Source of the DNA: Paramecium tetraurelia
Lineage: Eukaryota
Length of the DNA: 64,000 nucleotides
Assembly: GCA_000165425.1 (NCBI GenBank)
Contig: CT868052.1
Span: 310,001-374,000 of the forward strand
Direction of reading: 5' to 3'
In this document: piece after piece, positions 26,017-39,340 of the stretch
Numbering within the stretch: position 1 is the stretch's first letter
Layout of the letters: each line of letters opens with the position of its first letter
Made by a program: the position numbers and the translations under genes
Notes under the pieces: generated by a model
The model's database searches: none
Told to the model about the DNA's origin: nothing
What the model saw: the letters and a program-made list of their open reading frames with translations, nothing else

Positions 26017-27439
26017 TCACCATTTTCTAAATATTTTTTTTACAAAACTTAAACCCAATTTATTTAGAACTTTATCAACTTTCTAAGAATTACTCTAACG
26101 TTGAGGCTGTTGATTGACAAATTATTATATCTGATTTAAATCATGTGGTATTTGTTAAACATTAATATCATTTTATTAAGGTCTATTTCTGCAGTCACAG
26201 TCCGTTCCTCTTACCCAGACAGTGCCACAAAGATAGCAAAACTAAAATCCACATTTGCAAGTTATATGATTACATCCAGCGGTCTTCTCGATCCACCTTT
26301 GGCATTAAGAACATTATCTATATCTAGCTTCTTGAACTGCATTTATAAAGCTCTCTTCTCCACATATTCCTTCATGATATAACCTTCTACATCTAGTACA
26401 AAATAAATTCTAGCATATCATGCACACTTAGATTGGTCCTTCTATTTCATAAACACCTTTACAGTTCTCAGTTGGACATTAAAAAACATTTGGATTTTGT
26501 AATAAGTATTAATTGAAAGCAATTTTTTCTAGCCTATCCATAACTTGACTTGAGACAATATTTTCTAAGTCATCCCTCAATATTTCTTCTCTACATTCTA
26601 AGTTTGGGCATTTTATTGGAAATTCAGATGCTGCATTGATTAAATTCTCTAAGCACTATTTATGATATATATGCTAACAAGCTGTAAGAGCATACTTGTC
26701 TTATTAAACATTTTCTAAACAAATACTACATTGAGTACTTTATTAGATTTAGCTTTGTTTATTTATTTAAGAGAATATCTATGACTTCTAACTTTCTTTA
26801 TTTCTATATTCTTCATATTACTATTGTTTATATTGTTTTGATTAATCTATTGCCAGATAATAAATTTCCTTAATTTAGGGTATCTAAATTTCCACTTACT
26901 AATAATTATTCTAAATACTAGAATCAGTTGCTTCTTTATTCCCATTTTTTTCTAACATCTAGACATTCGATTGTTAAAATTAATTTATAAATTTATCTGT
27001 GTTTTCATTCTGGTCAAAGTATCCTTAAAATTTCTATTTTGATGCAATATCTTGTTTGAACTATGATAAGACAGCCGATCTTTGGTATTTATTTAAGAGA
27101 CTTGATACGCAATATAATTGACTGTTTTTAGAATCTTATAAAGCCTCATCTGGTACTTCAAAATCAATCTTCCGTTTTCCATTTATGTAATCATTATATA
27201 TTTATTGCAATTCTTTTAGATTAATGTTTTTGAACTAGTATGCTGAATGAACTTAATCAATAAGATAAAATGATTTTTTTAAGACTTTTTGATTGTTACT
27301 AGAAGCTCCTGCCTGAAATGATAAAAAAGTTATATGGAACATTTAGCTGGTATACTAAGTATTTAATGGATTTTACATCAACAAAAGGCATTTCTTGTAT
27401 CTTTCGAATATAATCGCTAAAATCAAAATAATTTATCAT
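26017..27439 (-). CDS. Hypothetical protein
   Basis: Long code-6 frame starting MINYFDFSDYIRKIQEMPF and ending ...VKKIFRKW-stop; no domain recognised. Confidence 0.55.
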
Positions 27440-27464
27440 ATTATAATAAATAATTATAAATTAC

Positions 27465-28622
27465 TCAACATGTAATATTGCTTGTTTACAATTTAAATAA
27501 AGAATTGCCAACTTATACTTCGAGGTCTTGATAAATTGGCATATCTTCTGTTATTTTGACTAAAGTGCCAAATTTAGAATTATTGTCAAACAAAATTAGA
27601 GAATCCTACTCCTGAATCCTCTCTATTTATAGAGTGGCATGAAATCTGCTCACACTAACTTCACCTAATCTAATCCAATTTTCTCTGGCTCTCCCCAAAC
27701 TCATCTTTTCTCCAAGACTTATTACCATCACTCCATCTGCTTTTGAAGTGAAGCGATCTCCTAAATTAATTTAAACAACCTAGTTATCCTTCTTTTTTGT
27801 ATAGAACTCTAGCATCACGTATGGATATCGAGGTTTTAAAAGTTCCAGCATATGATATGTTACTCCATCACTCTAAAATATCACCTTGTATGACTCTTAA
27901 CAGATTTCACATTTTAATGAATTCCATAGGTATGTTTCGCTTTTCTCAGATTAGTATTATTTTGATGACTAAGTCTATTCTTTAAGCCTAAATCTTATTA
28001 GTAAAATACCATCTTTTCATGCAATCTAAATGAATATATTTTAGAGATCCACTGCATTTACAAGGATTCAATAAAGGATTGGAACTTTAGGTATTTCCTA
28101 GACATATTCTACATTAATCATTGGAATCTGCTTTGCTTTGGTTCAAAAGCTCAGGTTCTGTAAGAGGATTAAAACTAAGACTAGAAATTCTAAATGTCAT
28201 TTTTCCAAGCCTAAAAATGTCATTTACATTTAATGGGTATTTGTTAACAGATCTTACTGTCAACCAATTTTTTTTAAGTTTGAATGGAAATTTAGTGTTT
28301 GTTAAGGCTGTAGAATTTCCTTGTTGTTACGATGTTCCAGCAACTATTGTGTTTTTAGCTGTTACAAACAGTAAAACCTCACTACATATAATAGATTCAA
28401 ATTACCTATTCTCATTGGGTAATTCATTTATTAATTGAAGTGTCTCTTCATTTCTAATAATATATGAATCTTAATTTTAGACTGTGAATTATTATTTTTG
28501 ATTGCTGATACTCTCATAGTCGAAACGATCTCCAGTGCTATTTGTTAGACATTATATTGAAATCCTGAAATTAATGATATCAAGTGCAAATACCTTTCAT
28601 TACGCATTTAACATTATCCCAT
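27465..28622 (-). CDS. RINGv (MARCH-type) + FHA domain protein, N-terminal MGQC
   Basis: CRICL...[23 protein letters not shown]...CEICQ; FHA motifs [24 protein letters not shown]. Confidence 0.9.
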
Positions 28623-28650
28623 TCAATATAGTAATATATTTTTATTATAA

Positions 28651-29481
28651 TCAAAAATCAGAATCAATGAGCTCTCTTTTTATCTTTTCAACTACTTTTT
28701 CAACTAATTTAACAAATAAATCTTCATTTCTTTCTCTTTCATTCCTACTTCTCTTACAAGCATCATAAGCACTTTAGTATATTTTTTTGAGAATACCTAT
28801 TATTTCTTCCTCTCTTTACTCCCTTTATTTTTACTAACAATCGAATATTCTTTTGAGTTCATCTAATAACTGATTAAATTATTATGCAATTTTATCCTCA
28901 ATTTCTTCCCTTATGCTAATTTTTTATTCTATATCTTAATAAAATAATTGAATTTATTCTTTATGCATTAGCTATAAAAACATTACCGTTTTATATCTCT
29001 AATAATTTATTCTAGGTTTCTGATTTTTATTGAAACTCTTTTTATATTTCAACTGATAATTAATCAACTTATTGAGATAGATTTGAAAACTCCCCTTTAT
29101 CTATTTCCAATCTTTCTTTGCTAAATCTTTTTAAAAGGGTTTTGCAATTCTTTTCCACTGTTAAAATTTCCTTTCTCATTATTTCATCTACTTAATCCCG
29201 AGCTTCCTTTTCAATATCAACAATAGATTTCAATCTCTATAACTAAACTTATTATAAAATTATCTATACTTTTTCTGCAATATCCAAAAACTGTTAATTC
29301 TTTTACTTTTAAACGTCTTCTATAGCCAATTCAACACTTTGCAAGTAGCCAAGAATCAATTTGAACTTCGATTATTTCTCTCCTTTCACATTATTTTATA
29401 TCGTCTGCAATTTTTCAAAAATTCTTTACGCTCTCTCTTCCAATCAATCTAATAGATGTCTAAAATAATTTTACCAGTCAT
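28651..29481 (-). CDS. Coiled-coil protein, possibly SF-assemblin/striated-fibre-like (start uncertain)
   Basis: Heptad-rich frame ending ERERNEDLFVKLVEKVVEKIKRELIDSDF; family call from remembered resemblance only. Confidence 0.5.
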
Positions 29482-30008
29482 TTTTCAAATTTGAAATTTA
29501 ACAATAAAAATTATAACAAATATTCACTTGTTATTCTAAATAAAATGCTAACATTCATTTATCCATTAATCGAGGAATATACATAAAGATTTATTATTTC
29601 AATCCAATTCTAATACATGTAAAAATTAATTTCCTAAAGATACATCTTACACATTTATAATAAAATGATTTTATGATATATCAAATTGGATACATACACT
29701 GAAATAAGAATAAGCTTTATTCGTTGATATAATGTAATAAAACATTAAAATTACAAATTATCCTTTTCACATTCTTCTTTCCAGTTAATTATTTTTATCA
29801 ATTAAAATCCACTAATTCTCATTTTCACTTTGGATTTACCTTTGGAAAAATAAATTATGGAAATGAAAATTTTAGATATTCTTCGCTTACACTTTTATAG
29901 AACAGTATACTGATGGTTCATAAAGAAGAGAAGAATGATAATGCAAGACTTTTGATTGATGGAATAACTAGCCACATGGTTTGACATAATAATTTTATTA
30001 ACTTATAA

Positions 30009-30752
30009 ATGTTACCTAATGATGAACAATAGAGATTATACTAAATGTTCTAATAAATGGCTGGACCTGATCCATATGGTAGAATGCTTCAAGTGCCGAA
30101 TTCTCCTTATTATCCTTGCTGGGGCCCTCCATTTCCTTAACCAATTATGCCACCACCACCCCCTAATCAAAAATTCTAATTCCCTGAGCAGTTGGCACAT
30201 GAATAAGCACTTTAGATGAACTAACTTCCACCCAATTAAAGTGGATTAAACCTAAATGGAATTAACTAGGGTTTATAAAACATGCCTCCAATGCCCATGG
30301 GTTTGCCTCCAGGTTTTGGGATGCCCCCATTAGGTCCTGGTTAAATGGCATAAGGACCTTTTGGAGCTGGATCAATGGGGCCTCCTCCTATGGGTGGAAT
30401 AACTGGAATGAGTGGTATTGGTGGAATGAATGGGATGGGACCAGGTGGTATGCAATTACCTGGGATGGGTCCAATACCATAAGGACCCATAGGTTAAATG
30501 CCACCTTTCGATTTTTAATTCAAACAACAACCTCCTATGCAATCACCAATGAATCCAAATTAAGTTATGGCACCGCAATAGCAACCGATATAATAACAAC
30601 ATATACCATAACAACAGCAAATATAATAATAACAGGCTCCTTCTTAATAACCATAGTAACAATCTTCAGGATAACCAAATTAATCCAATCAATAAAATTT
30701 GGAATAGGGTACACATAAATCTATATAAAAATAGGATTCTCACAAGTAGTGA
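30009..30752 (+). CDS. Pro/Gly/Met/Gln-rich low-complexity protein (247 aa, intronless)
   Basis: MLPNDEQQRLYQMFQQMAGPDPYG...MPPMPMGLPPGFGMPP...GGMNGMGPGGM...poly-Q; TGA 30750-30752. Confidence 0.75.
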
Positions 30753-30778
30753 ATGAGTTTTAACTTAAAATTTTAAAC

Positions 30779-31716
30779 ATGTTTGTTATGCAAAACTAAA
30801 TGCTGTTGGATTTTAAGAATAAAAATGCGAATTTGGAAAATACCATTACTTCAATATTAGATGAAATATCAAATCTATAAAAAATTGTTGAATCAAAATT
30901 TGATAATGTGTAGGCAGATGATTTCATGAGTAGATGTAAACTAAAAATATTTATCCTTAGTATCAATACCAAATTAAGAAATGACATAAAATAATATTTT
31001 ATTAAAGTCCTTATAATGTAACTAGAGCGATTTTCAATATTAACTAGTATTGACAAACGATTTGGAATAGCCATTATTTAAGGATAAAAATTTCAATTTA
31101 TATATTGCTCTTAAAGACATGAAAGGAATGAATATCAAAAACCATAATAAAATAGAATTGGAGGTTCAACTGTATTCTTCAGATGATAAGCCTGTGCTTT
31201 TGATATCAAATTCTTAAAACTAAGCCATTCTGAGATAACCTGAAGATAATATATGGCTGGAGGAAGGAATATCAAATATTGAAAAACTACAAATAAATGA
31301 AGTAACTTCTCATTATTAGAATGGCTGGATATATTTAGTGGTTTATCCAATTAAAAACGATAATAAAATTGTTTAAAATTCAATTAGTCCTTCTTAAATA
31401 AAACCGTTGATTTATAAAGTCAGTGTAAAATCAAAGAAAACTTAGAAAAAGTATTTAGTAAAAATATTTAAGGTCATCCCGTTCAAGATCGAGATCCCAT
31501 GAAAGATTACGTAGACTGGAAAAGTTGGATGATAGATCAAGTTCAGAATCTGAAAATCACATCTAATTAGAAATAAAGAATCTTGATGTTAATGATGAGA
31601 TTTAATAAGAAAAAGAGAATGATTAGGATGGAGAGTAAAAGTAACAATAAGAATAATAGTAAAATAATGAATAAAAGAAAGATGAGGTGCATTAAAATAA
31701 AGAATCTGATCTTTGA
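30779..31716 (+). CDS. Hypothetical protein with central beta-rich domain and acidic/Gln-rich tail
   Basis: After a 25-nt intron near 30936 reads ...LQINEVTSHYQNGWIYLVVYP...IKPLIYKVSVKSKK. Confidence 0.7.
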
Positions 31717-31754
31717 GATTTGTAATGTATTTGCGATACTTATTTATAAATTAA

Positions 31755-32434
31755 TCATTTCAGTCTCCAAGTTTCCTTGATTAATGCTATAAAATTATCG
31801 TCTAATTCGATATCAGCACTGACTGCAGCATAGTATTCCTTCCATTCCTAAACTTGAATATTGTAATATTACATCTAAGGTGATATGGCCAGATTTGTTT
31901 CCTTCCTTGAAATATTGTAACAACTCTATATAAGCCTAATCTTCAGTCAGTTCTCCTCTGGTAACTTTAGGATGATTTTTTGCATTGAAAATCCCTTTGA
32001 ATTCATCAGCCACAATATAACCCAAATTATCCTTATCAAATTTTTTGAATGCTTAGACTATGACTTACACTCTGTTCTCATTGGGAGATCCCTATTTATC
32101 AATTTATTTTTTACTCTAATTAAATAAAAGAATTCAGCAACATCTATTGATCCATCCCTGTTTCTATCGAGATAATTTAATAAAAACTATATGTATATAT
32201 GGGATTACGTCAGTTTAGAATTTTGTTAACACGACTCCATTTTATTTTAGACCAATGAGGAATTCATCCTTGTCCATCCTATTATTTTTATCAAATGATT
32301 CAAATCCCCTGAATGTTTTTCCTAGAGTTCTAATTGTGGTTGAGCATTTTCCTAATAATGATTTTGTGATCTTTTTAATAACTACTTATAGTAAACTTCT
32401 TACTTATATCAAGTTATTCTTGAGGAGTTATCAT
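31755..32434 (-). CDS. Calcyphosine-like EF-hand protein
   Basis: IRTLGKTF, DKNNRMDKDEF, DRNRDGSIDVAEF, AFKKFDKDNLG, NHPKV, EYYAAVSADIELDDNF. Confidence 0.9.
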
Positions 32435-32675
32435 TTTTTACAAGTTATTTTATTTATTTATAAATATTAATTATTTCATTTTTTCTCCATTATCATTATA
32501 TCAGACGTAAATTATTTTCAAAAGTAAAATTGTTATCATTAAAATAGAAATGATAATCCTTAGGTTTATTTAAAAAGATCTAAAATGGTTAATATTTGTG
32601 TAAGAAACTATCGATCTGGTAAATTAGTATCAAAAGATTTTGATGACATAAATAATAAATATCAATAATTTAATT

Positions 32676-34034
32676 ATGCTTCTTTAATTTGAATGCCTTC
32701 GAAAGCATTTGATTTTTGATAAGGCGTACATCCTTTAATGTTATGAAAGAGAAGTATTCATTGGAGAAGTAATTCTAAAATTTTAGAATATATTAAGAAT
32801 AGAGCAAAACCCAAATACTATTTTGAAGTGTCACTGAAGAATTTTATTGTATTTCACACTGAATAAGATTATTTTGGATTCTCCATTCCCTATAGAGGAA
32901 AGTTAAAGCTATTTCATGCAAATTCCAAAAAAGTCAGAGAACTTAAATTACTTTTATCTGGAAAGATTCTTTTTGGAGACTTGAATTAATTCTATCTGTA
33001 AAAGCATTAACTTGGACATGGATCATTTTCATACGTAACCCAAATACTAAATATAAGGTTAATTTGTTGTAGAACCTAGAAACCAAAGAAATGGTGGCAG
33101 CTAAGTTTTTAAGTAAGCAATGGAAGCACAAAACCAATACAGAGCGAATGAAGGCAATAATATAAAATTATTTAAAGGAAATAATAAACGAAAATAATAT
33201 AGTATAATCTTTGAATCATCCAAATATAACCAAAATAAAAGAGGTCTATGACAAAAATTCAGAGATAGTCATAATATATGAATTTATAGACGGAGACACC
33301 CTTGAGAAATATTTACATGATCATTGTGGGTCTCTAAGTCATTTCGATATTTAATCTATTATGCGAGTAAAGCCAATTAATTAAATTTCTTAGCAAATAC
33401 TACTGACATTATTCTATGTTCATCAACAATAACTCATTCACAGGGATATAAAGCCGTCAAATATAATGATTCAATAAAATCATAATATCAAAATCATAGA
33501 CTTTGGCTTAGCTACAAAAATTGGAGTAACTAATAACGATATTTGTGGTACTGTCGGCTATATCGCTCCAGAAGTGTTGTGTATTACTACTTAGCAATCT
33601 GTTTATTCATTTAAGTGCGACATGTTCGCAGCAGGAGCGATATTTTATAAATTGTAATTTGTGCATGATAATTAAGAATAACTTCCCATGACTTATTTAC
33701 GGAGGCCAAAGATTACGCAAATTTTTAATTAAAATTAGACCTTTTAAGAAAACTCAATACTCCTGAATCTGGGATTGACTTATTGCAAAAGCTTTTGGAT
33801 TTTAACTATAAAACAAGATTAAGCGCCAAAGAAGCTTTATCTCATCATTATTTCACTGAATCTCTAAGAGTGTCAGCCAAAAAGTCTTTACAAATGTCTC
33901 AATAGAATATTCTATTAGCCAATACTTCTCAAGTTTCGCTGATTGGTACTTCAGAAACTCCAATACAAAATGTTAATATTTTCACTTAAAATCTTAACAG
34001 GCGATTCAGGTTTTCAATATAATTAAATAATTGA
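32676..34034 (+). CDS. Ser/Thr protein kinase (CAMK-like), degenerate Gly-rich loop
   Basis: MLLQFECLRKHL start; VAAK, HRDIKPSN, IDFGLA, CGTVGYIAPE. Confidence 0.9.
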
Positions 34035-34161
34035 TTTGTACTATTGCATTTATTTATCTATAATAAAAATTATATAATTATAATAACATTTCAGAAACTT
34101 AAGAGAATAAGGAATGTATATGAAAAATCAAACATTCAAAAAAATATAAAATTATTTCAAA

Positions 34162-37100
34162 TCAAAATTCAGTAGATTAAGTATATAGCTAATCTAAGAT
34201 ATTAGTATATCCAATTGATCTTTGTGAATTTGTATGAGACCTAGTTGACTTTTATGATTTATTCTTGGATCCTAATACTCTGCGTTTGGTCTCACCTCGA
34301 TTAAGCAGCTCCTCGAATTCCAGTAATATTTATTTGTTTTCTTAATTTAACCCACATTTCATTAACTAATCATAAAAATACAAATATACTTTTTAGATTA
34401 TCACTTAGAAGTACTCTTTAATCTATGGATTTTCTAATCTTTCTTAATAATATGGATAACATTCATAAAACTTTCTTGCTAAGGATTCCTTCATTTAGAG
34501 TTTCGATAATGTAAAAACAATGTTTTAAACTTCAAAATCATTGATATTTTCTTTTAACCTTCTCAACAATTTCTCAACCAATTATTCAGTCTATTTATCT
34601 AAGTATTTCAAAGTATTCATGAGAAACGTTTTATATTTATCATGACTTTCCTCGTTGGACATAGTAAATATGATGTCAGGTAAACTGTTGAGTATTCTTC
34701 TTGAATCCTTCTTCTATATTTGGAAAAAGAATCTTTTTGCTGATTATTAAATGTTTTCATCAGGGTCAGTCAATAACATGGCTATATCAGTAATTTCTCT
34801 TTTGATTTTAATCATATCATTTAAGATCAAATGTGATAGCATATTTAATGAAGTCTTTTTTACAATAAAATCCTAATTGCTTAACCCATCAAAAAGTTAT
34901 CTACAATAAGATGTTACTGTATTTGGCCATCTGTGCAATAGATCACCAATAGCAACTATTAAATTGTTCTTAAATATTCCATCAGAATTTGGATTTTATA
35001 TTAATCGAAACACTTTCTCAATATGTTCTTCACAAAATTATTCAGATAAACACATGAATTTACACAAACATAGACCTGCTGATTTATGTAATATTGTCAA
35101 CTGTACATTCTCTTCTTCAATTTCAGCCAATATCTCCAAGACTATTGGAGCATAATTTTAATAGAATCCTTTTTAAATCACACCTATTGATATTTTTAAG
35201 ATATATACTTTATTTGCATAAAGTCTATAAATATACGCAATTATATTCGTATTCTTCTTCGCAACCCCCTTAGATTTTATCCAATTCATTTTCTTTGGCT
35301 TCCTCTACATTTCTTAAATGAGTTAATTGATTCTCAATTTCGTCAATATGAAGAATGATAGCCAGAGCTGATTAACCAACAATAAATAACAATTAACTGA
35401 GTTGTATACATTAATTATTAAATACTAAAGTGGATTCCTCTTCGAGAAAGTCTTGAGTGCTATATTAATTAATGATCTAGATTTACCTTCTTTTAGGAGT
35501 CATTCCCATAGAAAAGACTTTGTAACTAAACTTTTTAATTATGTAATCATAGATACTCTCTGGAACAGGTAAAAATTAAATCAAATTTAGAATCTCTTAG
35601 CAAGCAACAAACCACAAATTGTTGGGTGTTCCAAAATAGAAATATAAAATTAAGGAAAATTGTTAGAAATATTTCTTAACAAGTACTTTGTCTTCTAAAT
35701 ACTAAATTAATTTCGCCAATTCTACAACTGTGATCCAATTGATTTCTTTTTTCTATCCATCAATTATTTTACTTATTTGATCTAATTTCATTCTTGTTAA
35801 AAGATTAGATTGCTACCCAAACATAACTCTTACTAGTTTAGAATACTAATTTAATTATTCATGTTGATTAATAGTGTAGTTCCTCATAAAATTAGTCCAT
35901 ACGATTTCAATCGTAGTTTCTTGTATCATTTTCTATTTGATCATATATCGAATGAGTTCTTCAAGGTAAATTTATTCTTTTGGCGATGAAATTTTTAATA
36001 AATGAATCAAATTATTAATTGGAACTTAATCATTATCGTTTTCTATAAATAGCATATGGAACTTTTTAGACAATTTATTGACTATTTAGGGGTTATTAGA
36101 GTGAATCAACATCTTCATGATGCCAACATCAGTATTTTCTATTTTCTATTTAAATAAAAAACTAATGAGAGAGATAGCTTTATAAATGTCAGTGATGCAT
36201 TTGCTATTTAATAGTAATTCAATGTTTGGCAATAACTTTTGTAAGAGCTCCATAAACTCTTGATATTGAATGAACACAGATTGCAATTTCTTCTTCTCTC
36301 TCAAATTAGAGACAACTAGATTCTCTTCATCTTCTAATTCTTTGAATTCTGCTTCGGTCTGTGCATTACCTTTGTCTTCTAATATCTAATCGATGGCTAT
36401 TAAAGTCTTATGAATTTCAGTTCCCAAATATTCATTTTACTCCTTGATTTCAGTGATCTTCATGAAATTTTACATTTATAACCCATCAACAAATAGGTTT
36501 TTCATAAATCTGGTTGAATTCTATATATTTTGAAATTGTACTTTGTTATTTATTTAACAAATGCCAAGGCTGCCTTTCTCACCATCGAAGAGACATCTTA
36601 CACTCTTGCGATTACCAATGGGAACATCATAAGTTATACACTTGGAGGTATAAGATTCTATGAGCATACAACTCTTAACATCTTTAAAGTGTGAACTCTA
36701 GCATATGCATTTTTATCAATAATTCTTGATGCCAATTTCTAAATGAGGAATAGTCTTTGATTTAATTGGTTTTCTTTCATTTCTACATCCTACTCCACTT
36801 TCGATGGATTCAAATGCTCAGTTAGAATATTTGTGATTATTGTATTAATGGCATTTCTAAGACAGTAGCACTAATAATAATAGATATAAATAATTTACTT
36901 CGCTATCGTAAAATTGCAAGAAAACAGGCAAATTTTAATTAAATAAATTTGGCAATTGAGCACTTACTCTTTCAAATACTTTAGATACTTGTTTTAATGA
37001 ATTGCTCTCATTTTATAAGATTTCCAAACTGTGTTAGGCTAAAATGGTAATGAATTGGGTAACAAATGCAGTGTTTTCACAATATATTAGTAAATCTGAA

Positions 37101-37691
37101 ATTTATTGATCACAATCTTCTGAATTGAATACAATTTGAATCAACCTATTTTTAATGTAATTATGAAGATTCTCTTTTCTTATGATTTTCCTAGCTTAAT
37201 TTTGTAAACATTGTTTAACATCGTTCTCCTTTATTTTTGTTTTATAAAATTATAGTATTGTTTCTATTCCCATCTAGCCATGTTTATCATATTGTCCAAA
37301 TGATGTTAATGTTTCCTTCTATAATTAATACAAATTCTCCTTCCTGTTTTTGTTTTAATCATCCAGAGTTGCCTATAAAAACTTCATCTGTAAAATCTCA
37401 AACTCCAAGGCATCCTGTCTCTTTAGAACTTCCTTCTCTAGAAACTCTAAGATATCGTCCTTTTGGATCTATCTCTAAGACTTATTATATACCTATTGCA
37501 CACCATAATAGAGGATGGTAAAAGTTTCACTATCAAAATGCTTACTGTGATTAAATTCCTCAATAGCTGATCTCATTTATCTGAGTATCAGTCTGCTATC
37601 CTTGGTTTTGAGTGAATTGTAAAGACTATTATCAAACTATCATATAAGTTCATCATACTTAAATATTGGGATATTCACTTAGCTCGTTCAT
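34162..37691 (-). CDS. NCAPD2: Condensin complex subunit 1 (CAP-D2/Cnd1), full length; paralog B
   Basis: NELDKIQGG, LCKFMCLSEQFCE, KNNLIVAIGDLLHRWPN, KTSLNMLSHLILNDMIK, LPDII; about 3.5 kb with few introns. Confidence 0.9.
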
Positions 37692-37751
37692 AAAACTTTT
37701 TAAATTCAAATAATTTATGCGGCAATTTATTATAAATATATATATAATATA

Positions 37752-39282
37752 TCAACTTACATTACTATTTTCCCAATAAAATCCTGAATTACTTTGCACT
37801 TTTTTCTGTTGTTAGACCCAATAGAAATCAGCATTGGAATTTGGAAACTAGACCTCATCTGATTGTTACAAGAGTGGATCCTTCAAATCTATTTTTATAT
37901 CAAAATTTTCATCATTTTCATCAGTAGGGTGTTAAATAGCCCAAATTTCAATGATGTTAATTTACAATTTCTTCACATAGGGTAGAATTAGAGGTCCATT
38001 TTCATATGAATCATCTGTTTGAGTGCAATAGGAATTCTGTAAGTCTTTATCAATCCAGATTCTGCACCCCTCTCCATTTTTACCCCCAAATCCAATTCCC
38101 TTATTGGAATCAAGAAAACAGTAGTTTTATTCTCCTCTTCTTTTGGATCTATAAATCTTAAAATGAGGATAGAGACAGAAAATGCAATCCTTCTTGGTTC
38201 CAAAGTATTATCTGGTGTCATACCATCTAAGATTCGTTAGAGCTCCAAATATCTATTATTTAGTCTTCTATTCATATTTTTCTTCATGTTAAAAAAACAT
38301 AATCGTAGGTAATTTACAATCTAAGTGTTTTGAGTATTGATAATACCTTTGAGTGATTGAACCATTTGATTAAACCCCCCTTGATGTGCAACACTTGAAT
38401 ATAACAAGGTTAATTAATTGCAATCAGTAAGCACCGATTAGGTACTCAATAATAATTGGAAAAACAATTCATCGGTTACAAAATATGATGGAGTATTGAC
38501 AACTGGAATGGTATTCTAAAGGAAAGTATATATATATAATTTAATTACATTAAATTGTTTTCCCATAAATTTAGCTTAAAAATACTTTTTGATAAGATAT
38601 TTAGTTCCTGGCATCTACTTTGAAATGAAGTCCATCAACTAAACCCAAGACAAGGAACCTGATTCATTTTCTAGATTTAGAATTAATCAAAATACTATAG
38701 AGTTAATCTACTAATGATTTAATGTATTTCTCATTAGTTGGTGCGTTCTTCTGAGCATGTTGATACATTTTGATAATATCCTAAAAGGTTGAAGGGGATT
38801 AGAAATACTTTGATGACACTGAGAGTGTCAAGATAAGTTAATTGCAATTGGGCCAACTCTTCTTTTGATTTTACATATCTATAGTTCTGCAAAGTAATCA
38901 AGGACATCAATTCAAATCTTTCTAGGTTCTTGAAGGCTGGAACCGAAGTTTGAACATCCTTCACTAACAGCTCCACTATATATTGTAGGCAATATTAAGA
39001 ATACAGAATTCAAACAAGGGTTCCTTCCTCACAAAACCATCACTTCCACTGTACAATTCAAGGAACTTAAATAACTTGATTCCAAAGGCAGGATTTTCTG
39101 AGAAGATATCCTCGAAGGATCGTTAATTGAGTTACTTAGTATCACGAGTTCTAATAATATTATTGTTATTACTCACTACTTAATTCACAGTAATATTGAA
39201 ATTATTGATCCAATTGAGTATATTCAGCTTAATCAAATGCTAAGACTACTGTGTTCTTTCTTGAATCATAACAATTGCCCAT
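37752..39282 (-). CDS. TLDc-domain protein with N-terminal MGNC (MEAK7/TLDC1-like)
   Basis: LLYSS..QGGFN, IFGAL, YFGTKKDCIFSLYP, GIGFGGKNG...IWIDKDL, IEIWA. Confidence 0.82.
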
Positions 39283-39340
39283 GTATCGAATTAATAAATA
39301 TAAATTATTAAAATAAAACGATAAATGTTTAATCTTTTCA

